A stretch of 64,000 nucleotides of DNA from a virus (Duplodnaviria; Caudoviricetes). The DNA lies in IMG/VR virus record IMGVR_UViG_3300027563_000005, positions 12,007-76,006 of that record. One strand, given 5' to 3'. This document shows positions 1 through 9,234 of this stretch, in pieces; the stretch's first letter is position 1; the number at the start of each line of letters is the position of its first letter. Position numbers and translations under genes: made by a program. The notes below the pieces were generated by a model. The model made no database searches. It was given only the letters and a program-made list of their open reading frames with translations, and had not been told where the DNA came from.

Positions 1-131
1 CCATGGTCTGTGATTGCAATCGCAGTTTGCCCAGCATCTAGCGCTGCTTGGCATAATTCTTTAGGTGAATTTAGTCCATCCATTAACGAATAATATGAAT
101 GAACGTGTAGGTGTGTAAAGTTGTTTGTCAT
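1..131 (-). CDS. dnaE: DNA polymerase III alpha subunit, N-terminal PHP domain (partial, runs off window)
   Basis: Manual translation from ATG at 131 gives MTNNFTHLHVHSYYSLMDGLNSPKELCQAALDAGQTAIAITDHG, with the HLHVHS and AITDHG PHP motifs of DnaE. Confidence 0.92.
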   Translation of the reverse strand, partial: MTNNFTHLHVHSYYSLMDGLNSPKELCQAALDAGQTAIAITDH

Positions 132-140
132 GTCCGCCTT

Positions 141-169
141 ATTCTACTAAATATAACAGGGGCAGTCAA
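141..169 (-). promoter_or_regulatory. Sigma70-type promoter for dnaE, with its -35 inside the upstream hairpin
   Basis: TTGACT (164-169), 17-bp spacer, TAGAAT (141-146), 9 nt before the ATG. Confidence 0.65.
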
Positions 170-183
170 TAGACTGCCCCTGT
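156..183. terminator. Intrinsic terminator hairpin after ssb
   Basis: 12-bp perfect stem ACAGGGGCAGTC/GACTGCCCCTGT, 4-nt loop, AT-rich flanks. Confidence 0.75.
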
Positions 184-194
184 GTTTAATTTAA

Positions 195-863
195 TTACCA
201 GTCAAGGTTGCTGCTTGTAGCTGAAGGCTCATCTGCATGAGTACTCTCTCCAGCGAAGAAGGCTTCTTGTTCTGTGTAAGGCATGTCACGAACTGCTGCG
301 GTTTCAAGTTCAAACAGTTCTAATGCTGAAGCATCAAATGGTGCTTCATCTTTTGCTAATGGAATGATTGTGTAGCTTGTATCTGTTTTTGTTCCAGAAC
401 GCTTAACACGCCACATCAGATTAGTAATGCTTCCCATCTCGCCAGCATATTCAATTAATGTTGGGGTAATTGTTTTACCGCTTGAACCTTGAGAAAGAAT
501 AGCCACGTATGGGTCTTCTTTGCCATCATCAACAAGAACATTAATGTAAAGTCGTGAACGACCCTTCCATCCAGCCTTGTAGTCCTTGCGGTGCTGTTCA
601 CACCCGTAGCACTTGCCTTGATCTTCCATTATGCAAAGACCTTTTCGGCGGTAATCTTTTGGATTAGTATGCTCTACGGCAATAAATCCAAGACCAGCTT
701 TTTCATTGTATGTAGGTGAGTCGGGATCAAGCTCTTGCAAGAAACGAATCTTAACGCTTTCTGCATCCTCTAGCTTTACCCAACGACCTTTTGCTCCATC
801 GCCATTTGATTGAGGCTTGTCCATAACCTTATTAAGGTCTTTCAGACCCTTTACTATTCCCAT
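195..863 (-). CDS. Single-stranded DNA-binding protein (gp32-like)
   Basis: IRFL motif, His/Cys Zn ligands (H..C..CYGC), KRSGTKTDTSY motif, acidic C-terminal tail; AAGGAG RBS; replication context. Confidence 0.75.
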   Translation of the reverse strand: MGIVKGLKDLNKVMDKPQSNGDGAKGRWVKLEDAESVKIRFLQELDPDSPTYNEKAGLGFIAVEHTNPKDYRRKGLCIMEDQGKCYGCEQHRKDYKAGWKGRSRLYINVLVDDGKEDPYVAILSQGSSGKTITPTLIEYAGEMGSITNLMWRVKRSGTKTDTSYTIIPLAKDEAPFDASALELFELETAAVRDMPYTEQEAFFAGESTHADEPSATSSNLDW

Positions 864-905
864 ATGTTTCTCCTTTGTAGTTGATGGTATACATCCATCT
901 GTTTA

Positions 906-1910
906 TTATTTATCATGGGCCCAAGATTGATATTCAATATTGGAAACTGCGTTTTTAATACAGGCTTTAATTTCCTCTTCGGTCATGTCGCCAGCATCTT
1001 TTGCATCATGTGGATATATCTTACCATATTCATACGAAGCCCACAAGAGGTCTTTATTCTTTAATCTGGCGGCTATGCTGTTGGCAAGCTCACGGCCAGC
1101 GTGATCAGAATCAGTCATAAAAGTAACTTTATTAAAATATCTATTTATTAATGCAATATTTTCTGTTGATATATTGCCACCAAGTGTTGCAATTACATTG
1201 GGGAATCCAGCCTGATGCACACGGATTGCATCAAAGCTAGACTCTACAATAATAACATTGTCACCTATTTTTTTAGCACGGTGAATGTTAAACATAGTTT
1301 TACTTCTTGGTAAATTGGTACTGTTCTTAAATTTCTTTTCTGATATTGATCTACCAACAAGACCTACTGGAAGGCCGTCTGGGCTGTGCACTGGTACTGT
1401 TACCATGTCTTGCTTTGGAGAGTAACCTAAAGAAAAATGCGCCATTGAAGACATATCAATTCCCCTAGACTTAAAATAACTTTGTGCTTTAGGACTTGCA
1501 ACTAAATCATTATATAGGTTTTTTAATATCTCTTCTGGAAATTCTACAAAGTCTGGCTTGTCTTCTAGCATATCGCTTAGGAGATCATCAAAGTTTTCTA
1601 AAGTCTCGGCCTCTTTTGAATATACATATCTCATTGCCTCAAAATCATTTTTATGCAGAACTCTTTTAACCAATTCTATTAATGATCCAGTTTCCCCACA
1701 CGCTGGATTAAAGCATAGCCATGCACCAGTTGTTTTACTTATACTACAACTTGCGCTGTGTCGATTAGAATGGAATGGGCAATAGAAAGAAATCTCTATG
1801 TCTGTTTCACCAGCTACCTGTAAGCCAAGGCTTTTTACTATTGCCTTTATATGCTGCTTAGAGTATTGCGTGGTATCAGCTTTCCTTGCGTAATTGCTTC
1901 GTGCCGCCAT
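906..1910 (-). CDS. DNA primase (CHC2 zinc finger + TOPRIM)
   Basis: CPFH..C..C zinc finger, VESSFD and DSDHAG TOPRIM motifs; the ATG at 1910 is a more likely start than 1961. Confidence 0.9.
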   Translation of the reverse strand: MAARSNYARKADTTQYSKQHIKAIVKSLGLQVAGETDIEISFYCPFHSNRHSASCSISKTTGAWLCFNPACGETGSLIELVKRVLHKNDFEAMRYVYSKEAETLENFDDLLSDMLEDKPDFVEFPEEILKNLYNDLVASPKAQSYFKSRGIDMSSMAHFSLGYSPKQDMVTVPVHSPDGLPVGLVGRSISEKKFKNSTNLPRSKTMFNIHRAKKIGDNVIIVESSFDAIRVHQAGFPNVIATLGGNISTENIALINRYFNKVTFMTDSDHAGRELANSIAARLKNKDLLWASYEYGKIYPHDAKDAGDMTEEEIKACIKNAVSNIEYQSWAHDK

Positions 1911-2158
1911 GCCGTCTTCTTTCCTACATAGGTTCCATAGAGTGTCATTAAGAACATCCATGTTGTGCCATCAAATTCTACCGAAAAGTTAGTGTCTATG
2001 TCAAGTACCCTAAGGTAGCCTTTATCTCTCATTTGGTGCGTAAGCATACTTTCATATTGATACTTAACGCGAACCATATCAGAGTCATCTAAAAATTCAA
2101 CTCTAACCTGGAATCTTTTTATCGGCTTGTGATTCATTATTTTGGAACGGATTCTCAT
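1847..2158 (-). CDS. Hypothetical protein between helicase and primase
   Basis: ORF fills the gap and overlaps both neighbours; true start probably at MNHKPIK. Confidence 0.6.
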   Translation of the reverse strand: MRIRSKIMNHKPIKRFQVRVEFLDDSDMVRVKYQYESMLTHQMRDKGYLRVLDIDTNFSVEFDGTTWMFLMTLYGTYVGKKTAWRHEAITQGKLIPRNTLSSI

Positions 2159-3365
2159 AAATCTCTTTGACGATACCCCTGTTGATATCCCAATCTAAGT
2201 ATAAACCAAATTCATGTCCATGTCGATTTTTGCGAGAAACAATCTCAATCATATTTGTTCCTGGGTACTTATGGACAGCCATTGCCATGTCTGCATCATA
2301 CTCAATAGCTTTTGACCAAGCAACCTGAGACATCATTGGTGGGTTGTCTTGATCCGACACATCATCAGCGGTTGCTGCTGTAATATCAATGATAGGGATA
2401 TTATTAGAAACAGCTAACATTTTAAATTCACGAGAAACGTTTCTATTTCTTTCAACTTCAGAGTTGCTTCTCTTATTATCATTAAATAGTTGATGGTAAT
2501 CAAGAATAACTAAATCTGGCTTGTGCTGATCAATCTTTCCTTGAATTGTTGCTGGGGTTACTTCTGTAGTTCCTTCGCTTGAAATTAAAATAAAACCATT
2601 TTTATCTGCAAACTTGCTAGATGACCATGAACGGAAACTATCAATATTAATATCTCCCCTAGAAAAATCAGATGCTTTAAATAAACCAGAGCCAAGCATT
2701 GTATAAATGCGATCTCGCATATTTTCTGGTGACATTTCAAGAGACACAATCATTGGTTTAAATCCTTGTTCCCAAGCCTTACACGCAAGATAAGAAGTAA
2801 ACCAGGTCTTACCACGGCCTGGCCAGCCAATAGCAACGATAAGGTGTCCTGGAGCCATACCTGTTGGGTATGCCAAATCTATTGCCTCAAAACCAGTCTT
2901 GATGCCTGGAGATCCTCCCATTTCGGCAGAGCGTACCCTTAATAACTCCATGTGTCTAATTGCTGCATCTGCATCTGTGATGTCTAGGTCTCGCACGTTA
3001 TTTGTAAATCTACTAAGACCAGCCAATTGAGACTGCATATTCTCAAGAACTCTTGAGGCAGCATCTTCTTTAAGTGATGATCCAGCACGGAGAATAATAG
3101 TCTTAAGTTTGTTTGAAATAAATTCATTCTTAAGTGTGTCTAGGTAGTATCCTGTTTGGCCTTTAACATCTACTGGCTCAAAGTCTTTAAACTTTTCTTG
3201 TAGGATTCCTGCTTCTGGAACGGCTTTAAACTTATAGTAGTATGACTTTAGACCGTCCCAAATATCTTTATGTGATGTAAATAGATCATCTACGTTATCC
3301 GCAAGGAGTGTACTAATGTCTTTATTTTTGCATACCGCTGAGATTAACTCTGCTTCTGTATTCAC
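2103..3365 (-). CDS. dnaB: DnaB-like replicative helicase
   Basis: Walker A GWPGRGKT, SLEM, ILDYHQL Walker B, IEYDAD and KNRHG motifs; GTG start. Confidence 0.93.
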   Translation of the reverse strand: MNTEAELISAVCKNKDISTLLADNVDDLFTSHKDIWDGLKSYYYKFKAVPEAGILQEKFKDFEPVDVKGQTGYYLDTLKNEFISNKLKTIILRAGSSLKEDAASRVLENMQSQLAGLSRFTNNVRDLDITDADAAIRHMELLRVRSAEMGGSPGIKTGFEAIDLAYPTGMAPGHLIVAIGWPGRGKTWFTSYLACKAWEQGFKPMIVSLEMSPENMRDRIYTMLGSGLFKASDFSRGDINIDSFRSWSSSKFADKNGFILISSEGTTEVTPATIQGKIDQHKPDLVILDYHQLFNDNKRSNSEVERNRNVSREFKMLAVSNNIPIIDITAATADDVSDQDNPPMMSQVAWSKAIEYDADMAMAVHKYPGTNMIEIVSRKNRHGHEFGLYLDWDINRGIVKEIYENPFQNNESQADKKIPG

Positions 3366-3685
3366 TCTAGTCCGCCTTGCTCTACCATCTTCTTCGTTTC
3401 CTCTAGTAACAAACGACGCTTTGCCTTATCCTTTTCAATCTCAGTCCTGACTGTATCCATCTTGTCAAAGTTGTATAAAAAGAACTGGATAGTATGTCCG
3501 TGCTTTGTTAGATTGAAATAGTATTCAAGCAACTCTTTAGCACGATCAAATCCTACACTATCAATCACATCTTGCATAGCCCATTTTTCACGGAACTTGT
3601 TTATTGATGGAGCCTTACCATACTTCTCTTTGTAAAGGTTTTGATAGAGAGAGAGAAGGATATATGGCTCTTTGCTATTTGCCAC
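3362..3685 (-). CDS. Hypothetical protein (possible helicase loader)
   Basis: ORF overlaps the helicase start (GTGA). Confidence 0.6.
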   Translation of the reverse strand: MANSKEPYILLSLYQNLYKEKYGKAPSINKFREKWAMQDVIDSVGFDRAKELLEYYFNLTKHGHTIQFFLYNFDKMDTVRTEIEKDKAKRRLLLEETKKMVEQGGLE

Positions 3686-3878
3686 GCTTTAGCTCTTCCT
3701 CAACCTCTTCTGTTTTTTGAATTAGTTTGTTCTCAACAAAAGCATATACTCGCTCTGTTGCAGCTTCTACTGTCTCGCCTTGCCTTACATCATCTTCAAT
3801 GCCTACACCAATCTTAATGCTTTCATAGTTACCAAGATTTCTAGTAAAGGAAAGATCTACTTTTACTCTCGTTGTCAT
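3675..3878 (-). CDS. Small hypothetical phage protein
   Basis: Compact ORF with NLGNYES motif; ATGA overlap with the upstream minigene. Confidence 0.65.
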   Translation of the reverse strand: MTTRVKVDLSFTRNLGNYESIKIGVGIEDDVRQGETVEAATERVYAFVENKLIQKTEEVEEELKRGK

Positions 3879-3988
3879 TTGTGTTCCGCCTTCTTATGTC
3901 TACTAAGTGTATCGCTAGCAAATATGCCCCAACGAACTTCTATTTCCCGCTTACAGATATCGCAAGTCACCGATCTACTTTTTTCCAT
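3875..3988 (-). CDS. 37-aa C2H2-type zinc-finger miniprotein (not in ORF track)
   Basis: MEKSRSVTCDICKREIEVRWGIFASDTLSRHKKAEHK has CxxC...HxxxxH; overlaps both neighbours. Confidence 0.7.
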   Translation of the reverse strand: MEKSRSVTCDICKREIEVRWGIFASDTLSRHKKAEHK

Positions 3989-4106
3989 CTTCAACCTTTT
4001 TTACTATCACAGGGCCGTTCTTAGAATTCCAGTATTCAACTTCTGCTTCACGCTTGCGTTTTTTTGCAGCGCCTGTCTCAAGTGTATAACGTGCCATTTC
4101 AGCCAT
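3975..4106 (-). CDS. 43-aa basic miniprotein (not in ORF track)
   Basis: MAEMARYTLETGAAKKRKREAEVEYWNSKNGPVIVKKVEDGKK; TAATG overlap with upstream gene. Confidence 0.6.
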   Translation of the reverse strand: MAEMARYTLETGAAKKRKREAEVEYWNSKNGPVIVKKVEDGKK

Positions 4107-4591
4107 TACTCCGCCTTCCATACTGGGACAAACTTTCCGTCTTCTGTCTTAGTATACAATACTAAGTTGTTTTTGAGAAGGGCTTGAACCTCTGCCTTTG
4201 AAGGAATTTCTTTTGAGTGTCCTGAATCTAATATGTGTTGGTGTATATCTAATATGTTCTTTTGATTAAACATATACTGAGACCAATTTTCGCTATCTGG
4301 TTGTCCTATCGGATATATCTTTTGAGGGGTGGAAACCTTTTCATTTAATATATATTCTTGTATAGTTACCCTATGCTTGTTAAGCATAGAGGCAACTTCT
4401 ACAACAGTGTATGCTGTTTCCATATTCTTTTTAACTTGAGAATATGAATACATAACTCTCTTTTTGTCTGGGTAGCACCAAGCAATCATTTCATCCTTTG
4501 ATCTGGATGCTTTTAAAACCTTATGTATCTTATCGTTTAAGAAGAAATACCGTAAGCTTTTTGATTTGCCGTCTCTTTTGATTCCAGCCAT
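4106..4591 (-). CDS. Helix-turn-helix DNA-binding protein (MerR/excisionase-like)
   Basis: YTVVEVASMLNKHRVTIQEYI HTH-like pattern. Confidence 0.6.
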   Translation of the reverse strand: MAGIKRDGKSKSLRYFFLNDKIHKVLKASRSKDEMIAWCYPDKKRVMYSYSQVKKNMETAYTVVEVASMLNKHRVTIQEYILNEKVSTPQKIYPIGQPDSENWSQYMFNQKNILDIHQHILDSGHSKEIPSKAEVQALLKNNLVLYTKTEDGKFVPVWKAE

Positions 4592-4722
4592 TTTCCGAAA
4601 GCACTCGTTTCTTTATTGCACATCCAGCGTTTGCCGCACATGATACAGAATAATTCCATATGTAGTTTTTGAGAAAACACTCTGTCTACAAAAACTCTTC
4701 CACCACATTTTCCGCACCACAT
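4537..4722 (-). CDS. Zinc-ribbon protein
   Basis: CGKC...CIMCG. Confidence 0.7.
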   Translation of the reverse strand: MWCGKCGGRVFVDRVFSQKLHMELFCIMCGKRWMCNKETSAFGKWLESKETANQKAYGISS

Positions 4723-5522
4723 TATAGTGTAATCAGCTTCCCGTCAACAACACATGAATAGTCTGGGGCAACATGTATCATGTTGATGTGTGGATAATCA
4801 TTAACTATATGTGCTACGGCAAAACCTTTTTGCCAGTCGTGGTGTTGCATATACTTCATTCCTGGACCCTTTTCGTCACACATATGACCAAGTTCATAGC
4901 CTCGAAGTGTTTCTCCTTCTCCGCCGTTTCGTAATTCATAAGTAACTAGGTGGGATGCAATTCTGTGAGAGTGACCTCGAATTAAAGATACCTGTAGGTC
5001 TTCCATGTCCTTGCGAACAGAACCAGTCGCTGCAATTGAGAGTCCATGGTGTACGTGGATATCTCCGAAACGGCGCTTAGGCAATTCGTTATAGTGAATA
5101 TATTCATAACCCAAAGAGTCTAATCCCCAAAGTGCTTCTGGAGTTACCTCATTAATATAGTCAGGAAGCTTTGCATCTACATAATTAAAAATTCTAACAT
5201 CGTGGTTTCCTAGTGCTGAAAACAGTTGCGCTTCTGGCAACATCTCTCGTGTCTTTGTATAAAAATCTCTTGCACCTTTTGCTTCATGGCGCATCATTGG
5301 AACAATTAGATCTCGACTATCTGTCTTATGAAGATTTAAAAATTCTGCAGATCTACCTTCTGTGTACTTGCTATAGCATGCCTGATCATCTGTATCTCCT
5401 AGGTAGTCAACGACATCTGGCTTAAACCATTTCATTACTTTAAACCAAAGTGCGATCATCTTGTCATCCTGATATGGGAACTGCTGGTCGGATGAAATCA
5501 TCCACTTTAAATCGTTGCTCAT
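4722..5522 (-). CDS. Calcineurin-like metallophosphoesterase
   Basis: SDQQ, LGD, GNHD, HHG and GHSH motifs. Confidence 0.85.
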   Translation of the reverse strand: MSNDLKWMISSDQQFPYQDDKMIALWFKVMKWFKPDVVDYLGDTDDQACYSKYTEGRSAEFLNLHKTDSRDLIVPMMRHEAKGARDFYTKTREMLPEAQLFSALGNHDVRIFNYVDAKLPDYINEVTPEALWGLDSLGYEYIHYNELPKRRFGDIHVHHGLSIAATGSVRKDMEDLQVSLIRGHSHRIASHLVTYELRNGGEGETLRGYELGHMCDEKGPGMKYMQHHDWQKGFAVAHIVNDYPHINMIHVAPDYSCVVDGKLITL

Positions 5523-5539
5523 TGTCTACCTTAATATGT

Positions 5540-5564
5540 AAAAAAGTCACGGGTACGTGACTTT
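5540..5564 (-). terminator. Intrinsic terminator or attenuator upstream of the replication operon
   Basis: AAAGTCACG/CGTGACTTT stem, 4-nt loop, U-run on the minus strand. Confidence 0.6.
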
Positions 5565-5565
5565 G

Positions 5566-5604
5566 ATGTTACATTTATTGTAACATATTGGTGATGGTTG
5601 TCAA
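5566..5604 (-). promoter_or_regulatory. Sigma70-type promoter with overlapping palindromic operator
   Basis: TTGACA (5599-5604), 16 bp, TGtTACAAT; inverted repeat ATGTTACA-N5-TGTAACAT (5566-5586). Confidence 0.65.
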
Positions 5605-5610
5605 TAGGTT

Positions 5611-6051
5611 TTATATGGCGTCTGTTGCAAAAACATCAAAATATAATGTTGCTTTTGTTCCGCCAGAACCACTTCTCATATAAAAAACAGCCTTGTCTTT
5701 GGTTACAGAAAAAGTTGTTGGGTGAATTCTAAGCTGTGTTTGATCTAGTTTTTGCTTGTTAACATTTACTTGTAACCAAACTCTAGGAGCTTTTGTAAAT
5801 AGGCCAGTTGGGAACGTTACTTCAATTTTTCCAGATGGGTAATTTGTAGGAATAATGTCACATTTTACAAGTCCTTGGCTCCAGATTCTACCTGAAACGG
5901 ATTGATCTTTTCCTTCTTCTTCAGCATTTTGCAATATAATGCTTTGTGCTGTGCTTTGTTTATTAACTGCCTCTAAATCTATAATAAGATTATTAATGAT
6001 CTCTGCTGTTACTGGGTCTCCCGCAGTTATAGCCCTTGACTTTATTGCCAT
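5611..6051 (-). CDS. Minor tail/virion protein (H-type lectin/gp53-like C-terminal domain)
   Basis: AGDPVTAE N-terminus and VTFP..FTKAP.V motif typical of tail-fibre-associated domains. Confidence 0.55.
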   Translation of the reverse strand: MAIKSRAITAGDPVTAEIINNLIIDLEAVNKQSTAQSIILQNAEEEGKDQSVSGRIWSQGLVKCDIIPTNYPSGKIEVTFPTGLFTKAPRVWLQVNVNKQKLDQTQLRIHPTTFSVTKDKAVFYMRSGSGGTKATLYFDVFATDAI

Positions 6052-6053
6052 TA

Positions 6054-6206
6054 TTACTCCTTTATTGGTTCCGCTGGAACTTCTTGTTTTGCTTCTGTAA
6101 GCTGTGTTATCTCAGCACGAAGAATTGCAATATGGGTCTCATATTGTGAGACAATCTCTCCAATGCGTTGCTGTAACGCAGTTATAACTAGTTCTGTTTT
6201 ATCCAT
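6054..6206 (-). CDS. 50-aa coiled-coil protein (not in ORF track)
   Basis: MDKTELVITALQQRIGEIVSQYETHIAILRAEITQLTEAKQEVPAEPIKE; AAGGAG RBS. Confidence 0.7.
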   Translation of the reverse strand: MDKTELVITALQQRIGEIVSQYETHIAILRAEITQLTEAKQEVPAEPIKE

Positions 6207-6228
6207 TATATCTCCTTGATAGATTTAA

Positions 6229-6257
6229 AGTATATCATTTTGCTTCTAGGGCGTCAA
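6229..6257 (-). promoter_or_regulatory. Sigma70-type promoter at the 3' end of the tail fibre gene
   Basis: TTGACG (6252-6257), 17 bp, TGaTATACT (TATACT at 6229-6234). Confidence 0.6.
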
Positions 6258-9234
6258 GCCTGTCTAACACTCTTTTTACTACGCTGATTATTATAGGGGC
6301 AAGACTGTTGTAGTTAATATTTTCTGGGGTTGAGTCATCATTATATTCAACTATGTTTTCTAAACCGACTATGTCTGCTACCTCTTCAGCAATTAAACCT
6401 ATTCTGTATGTAGTGTCACCTCTTTCTGAATCTGCTATACCCTGAAACTTAACTGGCCTCAAAGCTCTTAACTGATCGTCAGTAAAATCTACACTTTCAA
6501 TATTAGTTTTATATCTTCTTGAAGACGTAGATCTTGCAATAAGCCCACTCGAAGAGTTTAGGTATGCGTTAGCTCCAGCTGTTGTTGTGCTTGCTAAAGT
6601 GCCTAAAGATGTAGTGGTTCTTTGAAAATAAACTTGTCCTCGATCTTGTCCAATTGAGGCATTAAATACAACTCCATTTGCTCCAGCATCTATGGCAAAT
6701 TGATCACCCTTCATTTGAACTTGGGTTGTGCTACATATAAGATAATTTGAATTGTCTGCTGCCATAGTAACACCATTAGCATAAGCATGAAATAGTCCAT
6801 AAGTTGTAGCATTTGCATTTGCTGTTGCTCCCGCATGCATTGCTATTCCAGTGCTTGCTGTTGCAAGCACGTGACCCCTGGTGGTGCTTCCATAAATAAC
6901 TCTTAAAGAGTCAGTTGTTGCATCAATCATTTCAACTCTATTAGCAGATGTACTTGTTTGAATTTTAGTTCCAACAATTGTTCCACCCGTAATAGTATTA
7001 CCAGTGATTGTATTTCCTTCAATTGATGTACCAGAAATTCTTCCTCCAGAAATTGATCCGTTCCATCCGTCAAGAGTAATTTGGGTGTACCCGTCAGCAT
7101 AATAACTTCTAGACCTTATGTATCTATTGCCAACAGTCCAACCGTTGGTAGTATCTCCTAAAGATATAGTTCCATTTGATGCTATATTTATAGTTTGGTT
7201 TGATCCGTTGTATGCTCTTATTCCATTTCCATCTACAACAAAGCCGTTTACATCTGCTGTTCCGCCCGTAATATTTAATCTTGCAAGATTTATTGTGCCA
7301 GTTGTAATAGCGCTTCCATTAATTATTGTAGTGTCTGAGGCCAATACAGTGTTTACTTGATCCCTTGATATTTTAAGAACTGCTATTGCTTCTGCATCCT
7401 CAGCTTTTTTCTTTGCAGCAGCTGCACTCAGTCCTGCTTCAATTGCTTTATCGTATGCCTCTACACCCTTTAATCTTGCTGCTTCTGCTTTGTCTGCGGC
7501 GGCACTAGCTGAACCAATGGCTGCAAGTGCGTTTGACCTAGTTTGATCTAATGTTGTTCCGTCAGATAGCTTTGTACCTATTGTTAAAGTTCCAGTAAAT
7601 GATGCGTCACCATCAATCACCGCACCATTTGCATAAACAATTCCGTCTACTCCAACCTTAAACTTAGCATTTGTTGCTAATTGGCTCCCTACCCAAATTC
7701 TATATGTGGGATCAGTTGAACTTAATTTAACAATAGATGCAAGCGTTCCTGTCGTGTCTCCTAAAACTATGCTTCCATCGCTACCAAAGGATGTTCCATT
7801 TTTTGAAATTGTTCCTACTGTTTTCGATGTTCCTTTAATTTCCCATCCGCCAATAAATCCTTCACGAGCATCAATTTTTCCATCTGCTGCTGTTAATGCA
7901 AAAGTTTGTCCAGTTGTATTACTTGTGCTTGTTGCGTCATATCCAAACAAACCTGCGCTATCGAATCTAACTCTTGCGCCAGCTAAAGGTGTTGGACCAG
8001 TATATAAAGTTCCGCCATTTAATCTAACATCTCCCGTAAATGATCCACCAGTTGCATTGATTTTTCCTGTTGTGTATACATCAGATCCATCCCAATAAAA
8101 AAACGCTGACGCACTTCCTACTCTAAACTGACCAGTATTTAACCAATAGTTGTGACCATAGTTTGTCGTTGATCTATCTAAAATTATTCCATTATAGGTT
8201 CCAATAGTTTGAGATGGAGAAATTGTTGTTGATGTATTTATTGTTTGTGTAATTCCTGTTCCTATTTTAAATAGGTCTGCTGTTTTGCCACCGATAGAAA
8301 TAATGGATCTTAATTGAATATTTCCTGCTGGGGCATTGGGATCTGATATCGGGCCAAACTGACCAGAAGCAACTTGCCCAGTCACCGATTTATCCCAAGA
8401 GATTGCATTGAAAGGGCTCTTTGCTGTAACCTGCCAATAATAAACTGTATTGGGGGTTAAGCCTGTTATAGAAAATTTGTTTGTTGCTCTACCGTCTACC
8501 TGGCCATATTCCCACAATGGGTTTGCAACAGTTGAGGGATCGTTTGCAGACCATCTTATTACATAGCCGTTTGTATTAGAATCAGTGCTTGCGGTCCAAG
8601 AAACATCCATCTGTATGCTAAATCCGCTTTTATCTTGTGGGTCAATTACTCCACTAACAGAGACGCCAGTTGGTGCTTTTGGAGGAGTTGAAGTATCTGG
8701 GTCGTTTGCTAAAATATTAACAGGGCCAGCAGTTACTGAAGACCTGTTTGCATCTAGCCAGTTATCTCTTACTGTAACCTTTACCCATCTTGGAGCAAAG
8801 CTATCTACTTGCACAGTTATATTTGTTGAAGTTCCAGTATAAACTATGTACTCTTCACCAGTAAACGATCCAGTAAGACTTTCAAATATTAAGATATCTG
8901 TTTGTACGCTTGCTGGATTTACATTAAACTTTACTCCATATGATTTAATTCCAGAAGTTAAAACTAAATCTGTTACTGGTAAGGTCTCATTAGGAATTGC
9001 AAATGAAGTTGAAAATATAGGAGAGTTTGCACTTTCTGTTACCTGTTTAGTTTCTGGATCTTCGTATAAGTAAGTAAACCAAAACTTATATGTTTTCCCA
9101 ACAACAGGAACCATCTTTATAACTTTTGTATATGATTGTGCAGACGTAGTGGATGCCGAAGCTGCGGCTGCTACTGGATCTTTTTCAAAATCTGCGGGGA
9201 TTCCTCCTCCGTCGTGCATCATATTTTCTCTCAT
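6235..9234 (-). CDS. Tail fibre/spike with FN3 domain and C-terminal intramolecular chaperone (peptidase S74)
   Basis: FN3 signature (PKAPTGV..W..Y..GLTPNTVYYWQVTA), Gly-rich beta repeats, SSRRYKTNI..GLIAEEV autocleavage motif. Confidence 0.85.
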   Translation of the reverse strand: MRENMMHDGGGIPADFEKDPVAAAASASTTSAQSYTKVIKMVPVVGKTYKFWFTYLYEDPETKQVTESANSPIFSTSFAIPNETLPVTDLVLTSGIKSYGVKFNVNPASVQTDILIFESLTGSFTGEEYIVYTGTSTNITVQVDSFAPRWVKVTVRDNWLDANRSSVTAGPVNILANDPDTSTPPKAPTGVSVSGVIDPQDKSGFSIQMDVSWTASTDSNTNGYVIRWSANDPSTVANPLWEYGQVDGRATNKFSITGLTPNTVYYWQVTAKSPFNAISWDKSVTGQVASGQFGPISDPNAPAGNIQLRSIISIGGKTADLFKIGTGITQTINTSTTISPSQTIGTYNGIILDRSTTNYGHNYWLNTGQFRVGSASAFFYWDGSDVYTTGKINATGGSFTGDVRLNGGTLYTGPTPLAGARVRFDSAGLFGYDATSTSNTTGQTFALTAADGKIDAREGFIGGWEIKGTSKTVGTISKNGTSFGSDGSIVLGDTTGTLASIVKLSSTDPTYRIWVGSQLATNAKFKVGVDGIVYANGAVIDGDASFTGTLTIGTKLSDGTTLDQTRSNALAAIGSASAAADKAEAARLKGVEAYDKAIEAGLSAAAAKKKAEDAEAIAVLKISRDQVNTVLASDTTIINGSAITTGTINLARLNITGGTADVNGFVVDGNGIRAYNGSNQTINIASNGTISLGDTTNGWTVGNRYIRSRSYYADGYTQITLDGWNGSISGGRISGTSIEGNTITGNTITGGTIVGTKIQTSTSANRVEMIDATTDSLRVIYGSTTRGHVLATASTGIAMHAGATANANATTYGLFHAYANGVTMAADNSNYLICSTTQVQMKGDQFAIDAGANGVVFNASIGQDRGQVYFQRTTTSLGTLASTTTAGANAYLNSSSGLIARSTSSRRYKTNIESVDFTDDQLRALRPVKFQGIADSERGDTTYRIGLIAEEVADIVGLENIVEYNDDSTPENINYNSLAPIIISVVKRVLDRLDALEAK

